42,107 nt of DNA, filler included, from an uncultured archaeon (GCA_903842985.1; 3 parts of 3 records of this genome joined end to end with filler, not necessarily neighbours in it), one strand, 5' to 3'. Numbered from the whole stretch's first letter, positions 1 through 8,719 are shown. A program made the numbers and translations. Notes: generated by a model from the sequence alone, not told the origin.

Positions 1-132
1 ATTTTATGGGTATTTAAACAAAAGTACAAAACTTATTTTTTCTATTGTTGAGTGATGAACCCTTGATTTTATGTTATTATGGCAGGAAAAAACCCCTCGT
101 GCCTGAGCTTGCGCTTCAGGCGCTTTTCCTTT

Positions 133-147
133 AGAAAGTTTTATAAA
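133..147 (+). promoter_or_regulatory. Putative BRE/TATA promoter of the S-layer gene
   Basis: AGAAAG followed by TTTTATAAA about 160 nt upstream of the ATG, implying a long 5' leader. Shine-Dalgarno GGAGGTG at 293-299. Confidence 0.5.
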
Positions 148-304
148 TGACTGATTTTGCAAGCACTATTAGCTCGAACTTGCATATATGAACCATATAT
201 GTAATATAATACTCATGCTTACTTCCAAAATAGCTTGTAATGGGCCATGTGAAAGCATAGCGTCCATACAGGTCCAGTATATATAGACCATTGGAGGTGT
301 TTCA

Positions 305-2743
305 ATGGAAGTAAAAAAAGCAATTAGAAAGGTAATTGCATTAGGAGCAGGAGCAACCATGGTGGGAGCTACGCTTTTCAGTGCAATGGCTGCTGACTTA
401 AGTGCGTTTCCAGCCCCTTTCGTCAAAGACGGAGTGTTTGATGCACTAATAGTAGTTGGTGCAACAGCCGCATCCGAAGACGTTGTAGGAGCAGTTGACA
501 TCGGAGCTTCTATGCAGTTCGAGCTGAAGAAGGAAACCCCTGTTTCTGTGGGTGGTTCTGATGTTTTGATCAGTTCCGGAATAAAAATAAAGGGAACTGG
601 CTCTGAAGTGCTTAACTACAATGAATCTCTTGGAGAGGTAAGAACAACCGCAATTGACGACATAGACATGCCAGTTACATTGGCACAGGGAAGATACACT
701 GAATCAGAGGGAGCAAACGACAACGACGTAACATACACACAAATAGTTACGTTAAATGACACAAACGGAGTAGCGCTGCATGACCAGCCAGACGATGGCT
801 ACAACATGGATGACTACTTGGAATTGTACGATACCAGCCCAATATACAAATATGCGCTGACATTTGACGACCAGGTACAGTACGACAACAGCACAACAAC
901 CACAGCTAAAGATGACTTGGAAGGAACAACCTTGGAAATCCAGGGCAACTTGTACACCATAACAAAGGTTAAGACAGCTTCAGGGAAATTGAGTGAAATA
1001 ACCCTCATGGCTGGCGAGACACTGCTATGGCTGACACAGGACCAGGTCATTACAAAGACAGTTGCTGGCGTTGACCACGAAGTAAAGGTTGTTGACGTAA
1101 CAGACGACGAGGACTCATGCGGAGTATCTGTCGATGGCGATATGGCATGGATAACTGTTGGTTCATCAAAGACAATCAACGGAGTGGATCTAGGAGTGCT
1201 TGACGCAAAGGCAGTACACGCACAACTGCAGGACGTTGACGTTTGTGAATTAAACATTGGAGCAACAGAGATTTTGCTGAAGGACGGCGACAGGCTTCAG
1301 AGAGACGGTGTTGACGTTAAAGATGCACACGTTATCATAGACAGCGTTGCTAAAGGAGAGTGGAACGGATTCTCAATAGAGATGACACCTGAAGACAATA
1401 TCTTCCTTGCAAAAGATAAGGAATATGTCGACCCTGCGCTTGGCAATATCAAATTTGTCATGGGCGGAGTAATGACACCTAGGGAAGATATCAAGCTGGA
1501 GAAAAAGGGTTCCAAGGACGCAATGATAAGCTTTACAAACAACGACGGAAAGCTTGTTGAAGTGCCAATGCAGATTGACACCAATGGTGTAAATAAAATC
1601 ACTTGGGGAAAATCTGACACAAAGCCATTGCTGTTTGAAGGAGACGTCTACCCAATAGCAAACATAGAAAATTCCGACGGCACAATGTTGTTTGCAGTAA
1701 CATCTGGCGGAACAGCGCACGTGATAGAAATATCAAACATTGATGTAGACACTGTAACAGCTGCAAATAGCAAGATTGACTTAAAAGACTTGACCTATGG
1801 AAGAAGCTGGAGTGACAAGCAATTCACTGAAGGTGCTGCAACAAACACAATTGACTTGGGCTCTTTGGGATCAATAACTCTGGTCCTAGATGACGGCGTA
1901 GGAATTAATGCAACTGACGTGACGGCCTATTCAGCTACAGCAGGAGAGTCTGAATCTAACTATGGTGCTAATGTAAAAATACTTGACGCACCATTGCAGT
2001 TCGGCACAGGTCTTGCAATAAATGCAACAGCCAACATCTTAAGAGTTACAGAAGCAGACCTAGACGACTCCAATCTTAAGGCCGAAGGCCCAGCCGTAAT
2101 CAATTTGAACATAATGTACGACGCAGCGAACGACAAAACTATGGAAGCTACCTTGAGCAGCAACTCATGGGCTATCGAAAACTACGGTTCAAATGATAAG
2201 GTTGACAGCAACTCTGATGTAGAGGTCTACACAACGGGGCACGGAACACTTGTTGAGGAAGATGCAGACAAAAGCAGCTATGTATTGATACAATATCCGA
2301 AAGAGGAAGTTGAAGTCAATGCATTCGTTGCACCTGTATCAGCACAGATAACAACCAGAGCTGGCGCAATCACAACAGTGACATTGCCAAAGCTTAACGT
2401 TGGTGCTGCAAGACTTGACTCGGAAATCAGCGACTGGAAAGCACAGAACTTAATTATTGTTGGCGGACCATGCGCTAACAGCGTAGCAGCTTCAGCATTG
2501 GGAGTACCATTTGCTGTAGCAGGCTGTGAAGCAGGGTTTACCGAAGGAAAAGCAATAGTTAAGCTTGTGGACTCAGGAGCTGGAAAAGTAGCAATGGTTG
2601 TTGCTGGAATGTCAGCAATGGACACAAGAAGAGCTACAAGAGTCGTAGCAAACTCTGAAGCCTACACAGCGCAGCTGACAGGCACAGAAGTTGTTGTGAC
2701 AGGTACAAGCCTAACAGACATAAAGGTAAGTGCACCGCAATAA
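305..2743 (+). CDS. S-layer protein
   Basis: 812 aa, acidic. Signal peptide, N-terminal ADLSAFPAPFV..IVVGATAASEDVVGA and C-terminal NLIIVGGPCAN..VAGMSAMDTRRA motifs of the archaeal S-layer N/C domain family. Strong SD and downstream T-tract. Confidence 0.9.
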   Translation: MEVKKAIRKVIALGAGATMVGATLFSAMAADLSAFPAPFVKDGVFDALIVVGATAASEDVVGAVDIGASMQFELKKETPVSVGGSDVLISSGIKIKGTGSEVLNYNESLGEVRTTAIDDIDMPVTLAQGRYTESEGANDNDVTYTQIVTLNDTNGVALHDQPDDGYNMDDYLELYDTSPIYKYALTFDDQVQYDNSTTTTAKDDLEGTTLEIQGNLYTITKVKTASGKLSEITLMAGETLLWLTQDQVITKTVAGVDHEVKVVDVTDDEDSCGVSVDGDMAWITVGSSKTINGVDLGVLDAKAVHAQLQDVDVCELNIGATEILLKDGDRLQRDGVDVKDAHVIIDSVAKGEWNGFSIEMTPEDNIFLAKDKEYVDPALGNIKFVMGGVMTPREDIKLEKKGSKDAMISFTNNDGKLVEVPMQIDTNGVNKITWGKSDTKPLLFEGDVYPIANIENSDGTMLFAVTSGGTAHVIEISNIDVDTVTAANSKIDLKDLTYGRSWSDKQFTEGAATNTIDLGSLGSITLVLDDGVGINATDVTAYSATAGESESNYGANVKILDAPLQFGTGLAINATANILRVTEADLDDSNLKAEGPAVINLNIMYDAANDKTMEATLSSNSWAIENYGSNDKVDSNSDVEVYTTGHGTLVEEDADKSSYVLIQYPKEEVEVNAFVAPVSAQITTRAGAITTVTLPKLNVGAARLDSEISDWKAQNLIIVGGPCANSVAASALGVPFAVAGCEAGFTEGKAIVKLVDSGAGKVAMVVAGMSAMDTRRATRVVANSEAYTAQLTGTEVVVTGTSLTDIKVSAPQ

Positions 2744-2759
2744 GGCTAACGCCTTATTA

Positions 2760-2786
2760 TTTTTTATTTTTTTTCTTTGATTTTTT
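2760..2786 (+). terminator. Oligo-T terminator
   Basis: T-rich tract just after the S-layer stop codon. Confidence 0.6.
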
Positions 2787-2826
2787 CTAAGAAACCTTTT
2801 TCATCACAAATCGCACACAGCAAATC

Positions 2827-3810
2827 TTAGATTACAAGCCCCGTAAAAATATTATGCTTGTCCCTGAGAATTTTAACGCTTACTTCTTTCCCAATTCGTT
2901 CATTGCATTTGACCAATGTTATTGTTCTCCCGTCGGCAACTGCTATTCTCTCGTTTGGAAGCCGTCCTTCGCAGGCGATTCTTGCAGTTACCCTCTGCCC
3001 TTTCTTGAAAGGCTTTGGAAGGGGCTTTGTTTTCCTTATGCCGAAGTCTTCATTGCTCAGGATTAGCTTTGTATTGTGCTTCTTTTCAAGCTCAGCAAGC
3101 CTTGCATAGAACTTCTTCCAGCTCAGCTGTTTTGCCGGATTTCTTCCGCCCCTGTATTTCAGGAAGTTCTGTATCCCAAGCTTTATTTCGTTTCTTTTGT
3201 TTATTTTGAGCGCAAACTGGATTATCTCTTCAATATCCTCGTCGTTGAAGCCAGGCACGAGCACAGGCGCGATTATCAGGTCGCATTTGCCTGGGATGTA
3301 CTCTGCAATTCTTTTTATGCGCTCAATGTCATAATTGCAGCCCGCAATCCTCTTCGCATTTTCAGGATTCAATGAGTTAATTGAAAGGTTTATCCTTGTA
3401 AGCCCTGCGTTTGCCAGCTTGTCTACGATTTTCTCATTCAGAAGCGTGCCGTTCGTGTCCATTGAGATTGTCTTGACATTGCTTATCTTTGAAATCCCTG
3501 CAATTAGTTCAGCCAATTGCGGGTAAAGAAGCGGCTCCCCGTGGGGCCCGATGTGGATTTCTATGCTGTCTTCGCCTACAAAATCAATCAGTTTTTTCAA
3601 TTCCTCGACGAGATAATCCTTTTCAACAATGAAGTCAACTGTCTTTTTCGATTCAATGCCTTCGTCAACAGAGCAGAATATGCAGTTTAGGTTGCAGCCG
3701 GTTACAGGCTTTATCTCTATAATTGATGTGTTCCTGTAAACAATGCCAAAAGCGCCGCTTCCTATAAGAGGCAGGCCAGATTCTTTTGTAATCTCTATTT
3801 TGGGCTTCAT
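2827..3810 (-). CDS. Radical SAM protein with C-terminal TRAM-like domain
   Basis: CNLNCIFC (CxxxCxxC), GEPLLYP, TNGTLL, and a basic beta-rich C-terminus. Confidence 0.85.
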   Translation of the reverse strand: MKPKIEITKESGLPLIGSGAFGIVYRNTSIIEIKPVTGCNLNCIFCSVDEGIESKKTVDFIVEKDYLVEELKKLIDFVGEDSIEIHIGPHGEPLLYPQLAELIAGISKISNVKTISMDTNGTLLNEKIVDKLANAGLTRINLSINSLNPENAKRIAGCNYDIERIKRIAEYIPGKCDLIIAPVLVPGFNDEDIEEIIQFALKINKRNEIKLGIQNFLKYRGGRNPAKQLSWKKFYARLAELEKKHNTKLILSNEDFGIRKTKPLPKPFKKGQRVTARIACEGRLPNERIAVADGRTITLVKCNERIGKEVSVKILRDKHNIFTGLVI

Positions 3811-3871
3811 TGCTTTAAAAAGGACACAAAAACTTTTAAATATATGCCTTGTTTTGTTAGTTTGGGGGAAA

Positions 3872-4507
3872 ATGGAAAAGCCGGCTGTAACCTATGAAAC
3901 ACTGTTTGAAACTCTGAGAAGAGAGAAGTCCAAGGAGGATTTGCAGAAGCTGAGCCCTGAATTCTTTGATGAAATTAAAAAATATCTTGCGGAAAAGAAG
4001 CAGTCAACGCTTTCACAGACAGACAACATATTTTCAGATGTGGAAAAGGAGAAGTTTGAGAGACAGCTTGTGAACATAAAGAAGCTGATAAAGGAATTGT
4101 ATGAAAGAAGGGAAAAGAAGATTATTTCAATGGCAATCAACAAGAGCAGGGTGAATGCTGTTATAGACACTTCAACACTGCTTGCCGGCGAAAGGGCATT
4201 TTTCGATTCAGTCCTCACTGTGCTTAACAATGCAAGGACAGACATTCTTGACAAGATATTCACAGAAAGCGCAGCTTCTGCCCCTGCCCCGACTGTTTCA
4301 AAAGCAGATGCTGAGCCTGAGCAGAAAAAGGAAAGCACTGGCAAGTCAAAGCTTGTGAGATTCCTCTGCGCTGTGCCACAGTTTGTCGGTCCTGACCTTG
4401 AAATCTACGGTCCGTTTGAAGAGGACGACGTAGCTACGCTTGCAGAAGAGGTTTGCGTGGTCCTGGTGAGCAAGAACAGGGCAGAAGAGATAGAAGCTGA
4501 GAATTAA
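3872..4507 (+). CDS. DNA replication complex GINS subunit (Gins15/51 type)
   Basis: LRREK..LQKL...F, LYERREKKI and C-terminal VPQFVGPDLEIYGPF. Start moved to ATG 3872. Confidence 0.85.
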   Translation: MEKPAVTYETLFETLRREKSKEDLQKLSPEFFDEIKKYLAEKKQSTLSQTDNIFSDVEKEKFERQLVNIKKLIKELYERREKKIISMAINKSRVNAVIDTSTLLAGERAFFDSVLTVLNNARTDILDKIFTESAASAPAPTVSKADAEPEQKKESTGKSKLVRFLCAVPQFVGPDLEIYGPFEEDDVATLAEEVCVVLVSKNRAEEIEAEN

Positions 4508-4524
4508 TGTTTCTAAAAGTTCAG

Positions 4525-4636
4525 CGCCTGGGACGGGACTTCCAGACCCGTATTGAGCATTCGAACCCGCGTGACACGGGTTACGTGCCAACTGGATTAT
4601 AAGTCCAGCGCTTTTACCAGACTCAGCCACCCAGGC
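4525..4636 (-). tRNA. tRNA with anticodon UAU (Ile by anticodon), type II body, 21-nt intron at 59/60 (4539-4559)
   Basis: Minus strand reads GCCTGGG TG GCTG AGTCTGGTAA AAGC G CTGGA CT-TAT-AA TCCAG T TGGCACG TAACC CGTGTCA C GCGGG TTCGAA[intron]T CCCGT CCCAGGC G. All stems pair. CCA not encoded. TATAAAAA about 30 nt upstream. Confidence 0.9.
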
Positions 4637-4695
4637 TTTACTGAACTCGCCGGCGAATGGAAAGATTTTTATACTTGAATAGCATATTTCTTGTT

Positions 4696-4726
4696 ACGGG
4701 TTACATGTCAACTGGACTAAGTCCAG
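4696..4726 (-). repeat. Degenerate copy of the tRNA anticodon arm and part of the variable arm
   Basis: acgggttacatgtcaactgga--ctaagtccag versus acgggttacgtgccaactggattataagtccag (4576-4608). Confidence 0.8.
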
Positions 4727-4768
4727 TTTCTTTATTTTTCTTGATGTTTTTAGACTATTTAAGCGCGC

Positions 4769-4788
4769 GTTGTAGCGATCGCTACAAC
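4769..4788. repeat. Perfect 20-bp palindrome
   Basis: GTTGTAGCGA|TCGCTACAAC. Confidence 0.9.
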
Positions 4789-4814
4789 ACAACAGAATGT
4801 ATAGAGGCTGAGAA

Positions 4815-5411
4815 TTAGCTCATTTTCCAATAATGTTCTCCTATCTGGATTCCGCATAGCGTGCAGTGATAATGCTCGCCTTCACGCCCTGCCAGCGCGC
4901 GCCAGGATTCTTCAGGAGAGCGATAATGCTTTTTTTCAAAATCGCCAAGAACAATCCCGCACTGCGGGCAGTCATAGGCAATTGTTCGCGGAACATGCTT
5001 TTCGCTTGCGCACTGAATGCATTGGTACGTGTTCAACTCTCTTTTGTTGTCTTTTCTTGGCGTATAGATGAATGCGCCATCAATCGTGCCTGTTATCTCG
5101 AAATGAATTCCTGGGTGATGCTCGCAGGCAAGCTTGTCAATTGAATCAAAAGTTAACCCAATTTTCCTTGCAATATCTGTTTTTCTTTTTTGGATTTTTG
5201 CGCTTGTTTGCCCGATTATTGCATATGCTGCATGTTGATCCTTAAGTATCTTTTTTAGTTCTTTGTCTTTAGAGCACGCTTCTTTGAGTTTTTTGTTTTT
5301 TCCGAATCCCCCAATAGTAATGGTATCTAGCAGCGACTTTAGCCTTCTTTCATCAAGAAGCAGCGAGAATTCATCAAAATCTTCAGTCCCTGCTTCGCTA
5401 GAATCTGCCAT
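4815..5411 (-). CDS. Hypothetical protein with C-terminal zinc-ribbon motifs
   Basis: Three CxxC motifs (CIQC, CPQC, CTLC). Start uncertain (5411 or 5468). Confidence 0.65.
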   Translation of the reverse strand: MADSSEAGTEDFDEFSLLLDERRLKSLLDTITIGGFGKNKKLKEACSKDKELKKILKDQHAAYAIIGQTSAKIQKRKTDIARKIGLTFDSIDKLACEHHPGIHFEITGTIDGAFIYTPRKDNKRELNTYQCIQCASEKHVPRTIAYDCPQCGIVLGDFEKKHYRSPEESWRALAGREGEHYHCTLCGIQIGEHYWKMS

Positions 5412-5543
5412 TGGAATTTCGATGGATTCGGCATATAAATACTTTGTTGTGCTGGAGAATATTTTCAATACCCTAAATATTGTATATTAGATATAAAGCA
5501 TTTGTACGAAACCTTTTTAAACCTCCCCTATTCTTTCTAGTAT

Positions 5544-5855
5544 ATGAAGCTTCCAAAATCTAAAAAAAGGCTCTGCCCATACTGCAGGAAGCATACAGAG
5601 CACAAGATTACGCAGGCGAAGAAGCGAACCAGAAGCACTGCACATCCGCTCAGCTGGGGCTCAAGAATAAGGATTGAAAGGAGAGGCAGGGCAAGGGGCT
5701 ACGGCAACACAGGCAAATATTCAAAACCTGCAAAGCCAAAAATGACAGGCAAGAAGCAGACAAAGAAGACTGATTTGAGGTATGAATGCACTGTCTGCAA
5801 AAGAATGCATGTTCAAAAAAAAGGATTCAGGGCAAAGAAGGTGGAGTTTGTATGA
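5544..5855 (+). CDS. rpl44e: 50S ribosomal protein L44e (eL42)
   Basis: CPYCRKHTEH, KQTKKTDLRYECTVC; conserved operon position. Confidence 0.95.
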   Translation: MKLPKSKKRLCPYCRKHTEHKITQAKKRTRSTAHPLSWGSRIRIERRGRARGYGNTGKYSKPAKPKMTGKKQTKKTDLRYECTVCKRMHVQKKGFRAKKVEFV

Positions 5856-6037
5856 AGAAAAAGGAAAATCCGGCAAGCAAGTTCATAAAGGTAAGATGCC
5901 CTAAGTGCAAGAATGAACAGGTGATATTCGGTAAAACGACAACCGAAATCAAATGCCTTGTGTGCGACAAGACAATCGGCGAACCCACAGGGGGCAAGAC
6001 GAAGATAAAAGCCCGAATCCTGGAAGTTTTGGAATAA
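5852..6037 (+). CDS. rps27e: 30S ribosomal protein S27e
   Basis: SKFIKVRCPKCKNEQVIF..CLVC..PTGGK; ATGA overlap with rpl44e. Confidence 0.95.
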   Translation: MKKKENPASKFIKVRCPKCKNEQVIFGKTTTEIKCLVCDKTIGEPTGGKTKIKARILEVLE

Positions 6038-6810
6038 TGCTGTTAAAAAGACAAGACTGGCCAGAGGACGGCGAAATAGTTCTTTGCAAAGTAACCAAGA
6101 TTATGCCCAGTTCTGTTTTCTGCAATCTTGAGGAGTACGGCAGAAGCGGAATGATTCATATTTCTGAAATCTCACCCGGCAGAATTAGGAATATACGCGA
6201 TTTTGTAATTGAAGGGAAGATTGTTATCTGCAAGATTCTCGGCATTAACAAGGAGAAAGGCTACATAGACCTTTCATTGAGAAGGGTTTCTGAAAGCATG
6301 AGGCGCAATAAAAATGATGAGATAAAGCAGGAGCTGAAGGCAGAGAAAATTGTTGAGATGATTGCAAAGGACCTGAAAACAGATGTCAGGAAATTTTACG
6401 ACGAAATAACCAAGAAACTGTTCGAAAAATCACCTTTGCTTTACCCCGTGTTTGAGGATGTTGCGCTGAACGGAAAAAAGCTTGTTGATTTTGGCGTTGA
6501 CGAGAAAATAGCGGCAAAATTGGAAGAGCTGATAAAGCAGAAGATAAAAGCGCCTGAAATATTTATAGAGGGCGAATTCAAGATCGCAAGCTACGCGCCC
6601 GAAGGGGTTGAAACCATAAGGCAGGCGCTGTCACTGATTGAAAAAAAGAAAGACACAATAATAAAATACCTTGGCAACGGAAGGTACATGCTTAAGATAA
6701 CTGCAGAGGATTACAAAACAGCTGAGAAGATGCTTAAGGACACAGTCGATTCCACAATTGATTTTGTGCAGAAGAAAGGCGGCTCAGCTGAGTTCATAAG
6801 GGCAGAATGA
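6037..6810 (+). CDS. eif2a: Translation initiation factor 2 alpha subunit
   Basis: S1 domain IHISEI..RIRNIRD, KGYIDLSLRRV; TAATG coupling at 6035-6039. Confidence 0.95.
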   Translation: MLLKRQDWPEDGEIVLCKVTKIMPSSVFCNLEEYGRSGMIHISEISPGRIRNIRDFVIEGKIVICKILGINKEKGYIDLSLRRVSESMRRNKNDEIKQELKAEKIVEMIAKDLKTDVRKFYDEITKKLFEKSPLLYPVFEDVALNGKKLVDFGVDEKIAAKLEELIKQKIKAPEIFIEGEFKIASYAPEGVETIRQALSLIEKKKDTIIKYLGNGRYMLKITAEDYKTAEKMLKDTVDSTIDFVQKKGGSAEFIRAE

Positions 6811-6959
6811 AGCACATAATGAAATGCCCCAAATGCGGGAAATACACAATGAAGGATTTCTGCTGCGAGAAAACAGTTCTGCCGAAGCCCGCAAGATATT
6901 CTCCGATTGACAGGTTTGGTGAGTATCGTAGGAAAGCGAAGAAGGCGAAAGAAAATTAG
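6807..6959 (+). CDS. nop10: Nop10 (H/ACA RNP protein), not in the ORF track
   Basis: Hand translation MKHIMKCPKCGKYTMKDFCCEKTVLPKPARYSPIDRFGEYRRKAKKAKEN; canonical position after aIF2alpha. Confidence 0.92.
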   Translation: MKHIMKCPKCGKYTMKDFCCEKTVLPKPARYSPIDRFGEYRRKAKKAKEN

Positions 6960-7879
6960 TGCATTCTGTATTGTGAAAGGTCTATCCCAAGCTCTTCAGG
7001 CGAGAACTTTGACAAAATCTTGTTGATTTCCTTTATCTTATCAGGGCAGGTAAATGAAATACTTTCATGAGGACTCCTGGTATCTGTGCCGAGAACATTT
7101 GCAATGACAGCAGCAACGTTCGCTCCATTGAATGTTTTATCAACCAATCTATTTATGTCCTGCTGATAGGCGCGCGCCATCCAAAACTCATTTTCAAGCG
7201 CGTAATTGACAGCATTGGCCGTAATCTTCGGCGCGAAATGTGCAATGGCGGCTATTGCGCCGCGTCCGCCTGCCTGAATTGTTTCTACAATGCTGTAATC
7301 ATTTCCAGAAAGTATTGCAAAATCCTTGTGCTTTTTTAATATCTTTCTTATCTTATCTGTTGTCATGGAAGAATCCTTGACCCCCACAATCTTGGGATTA
7401 TCTGCAAGAGCTATTATTGTGTCCAGCTCAATTTTTGAATTTCTCTGCTTGTTGCTGTAAAGTATTATGTTTCCATCGATTTGATTTGCAAGATTTTGAA
7501 AATGAGCATAAACCTCTTTCTGCGACACATCTGCACCGATTGGATGAAGAAATGTTGTTGCGCCTAGCTTCCTTTCTACCCCCTGAGCTTTTTCTATGGC
7601 GTCATCAGTTGAATCTGAGCTGATGCCTACGATAAGCTGCGCTCTGTTTTTTATATACATGCCGACATCAACAGCTATATCAATCTGTTCAGAAGGCTTC
7701 AGCGTTGCGCCCTGCCCAGTTGTTCCGCCAGGTACTATTCCTTTTGCATATTTTATTAACAAATCAATGTATTCATAGAATTTTGGCGTCAGGGCTATTC
7801 TGCATTTACCATCTCCGTTCCGCTTCATCGGCGTGAATAGTGGAACGTACAGGCCTTTAATCTCTGCTTGTTGTATCAC
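6956..7879 (-). CDS. DapA/NanA-family (dihydrodipicolinate synthase-like) aldolase
   Basis: PLFTPM, GTTGQ, ILYS, Schiff-base GVKDSS, LSGND. Confidence 0.8.
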   Translation of the reverse strand: MIQQAEIKGLYVPLFTPMKRNGDGKCRIALTPKFYEYIDLLIKYAKGIVPGGTTGQGATLKPSEQIDIAVDVGMYIKNRAQLIVGISSDSTDDAIEKAQGVERKLGATTFLHPIGADVSQKEVYAHFQNLANQIDGNIILYSNKQRNSKIELDTIIALADNPKIVGVKDSSMTTDKIRKILKKHKDFAILSGNDYSIVETIQAGGRGAIAAIAHFAPKITANAVNYALENEFWMARAYQQDINRLVDKTFNGANVAAVIANVLGTDTRSPHESISFTCPDKIKEINKILSKFSPEELGIDLSQYRMH

Positions 7880-7943
7880 TTTAACCCCCTGCTATACCTG
7901 CCAAACAAAAAGAATTTAAACCTTTCGATACACTTAAAAATGC

Positions 7944-8195
7944 ATGGCAGGCGTGCGCGAGGTCAAAAAGGCAAAATTGTTCATTGGAATGCTTTCCAGC
8001 AATGCTGTTTTGTTTGAAGAAATAAAGAAAGAATTGTCTGTTTTCGGAGGGATTGATTTTGAAAGCGGGATATTCGACTGGGATTTTACCAAATTCTATG
8101 AAGAGGAAATGGGTTCTGGGCTGAAAAGAAAGTTCGTCTTCTTTGACAAAATGATAGCGCCGGATGAGATTGCTGAAGTCAAATTGAAGACAAAC
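7944..8195 (+). CDS. DUF4416-like protein, truncated at contig end
   Basis: KLFIGML..S.IFDWDFTKFYEEEMG.GLKRKF..KLKTN; family recalled from memory. Confidence 0.65.
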
Positions 8196-8295
8196 NNNNN
8201 NNNNNNNNNNNNNNNNNNNNNNNNNNNNNNNNNNNNNNNTTAATTAATTAANNNNNNNNNNNNNNNNNNNNNNNNNNNNNNNNNNNNNNNNNNNN
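8196..8295. other. Artificial contig spacer
   Basis: N run + TTAATTAATTAA (stops in all six frames) + N run, 100 nt. Confidence 0.97.
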
Positions 8296-8381
8296 GCAAA
8301 TTCATCCAGCCAGCGGTGTATTCTTTCATATCTTTTGCCAAATGCTGTTTCGCTTGCCCTGCAATGCTGTTCAAAATTCAT
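8296..8381 (-). CDS. Hypothetical protein, 5' fragment
   Basis: MNFEQHCRASETAFGKRYERIHRWLDEF..., runs into the gap. Confidence 0.5.
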
Positions 8382-8385
8382 AACT

Positions 8386-8643
8386 TTATTTTTTTAAAAT
8401 TTTGTAATATTGAATAGGGGTAATTCCTTCATCATATATGTAACAAGGCATCCCTTTGATAAACGCATTGGCATTCTCCGGTGCTTCCGATTCAATCCTT
8501 TTTCTAAACATTTCATTATCTACCATAGTATCTGATTTAGATGCTACTACATAACCTGGTTCTCTAATTGGTGTAGCTTTTATTGGTTTATTATCAATGC
8601 AGATTTTATCATTTAAATATGTTAATTCTATTAGTGCTCCCAT
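8386..8643 (-). CDS. Hypothetical protein
   Basis: 85-aa AT-rich ORF with GGGGG SD-like motif upstream. Confidence 0.6.
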   Translation of the reverse strand: MGALIELTYLNDKICIDNKPIKATPIREPGYVVASKSDTMVDNEMFRKRIESEAPENANAFIKGMPCYIYDEGITPIQYYKILKK

Positions 8644-8719
8644 TTTAATCCCCCCTATAAAGTTTTATTATTGTAGATATACTTATATTTTTCGCAAAGT
8701 TTGCAGAAATCCTGAAAAT

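Noticed and set aside
169..2625. Antisense ORFs over the S-layer gene, and similar shadow ORFs throughout the track
   Set aside because: They overlap well-supported genes and have no recognisable motifs.
3743..3871. N-terminal extensions in the ORF track (GINS, rps27e, aIF2alpha, Pth2, HD protein, SSB)
   Set aside because: They overlap neighbouring genes or promoter regions; downstream ATGs match the family starts.
4525..4636. tRNA-Sec, or genome-wide AUA-to-Ser reassignment
   Set aside because: Anticodon is not UCA and the fold is 7/5. The hydrogenase L2 motif uses Cys. ATA codons fall at conserved Ile positions.
8196..8295. TTAATTAATTAA inside N runs (also 18975-19074) as a biological repeat
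   Set aside because: Identical 100-nt six-frame-stop linkers from contig concatenation.
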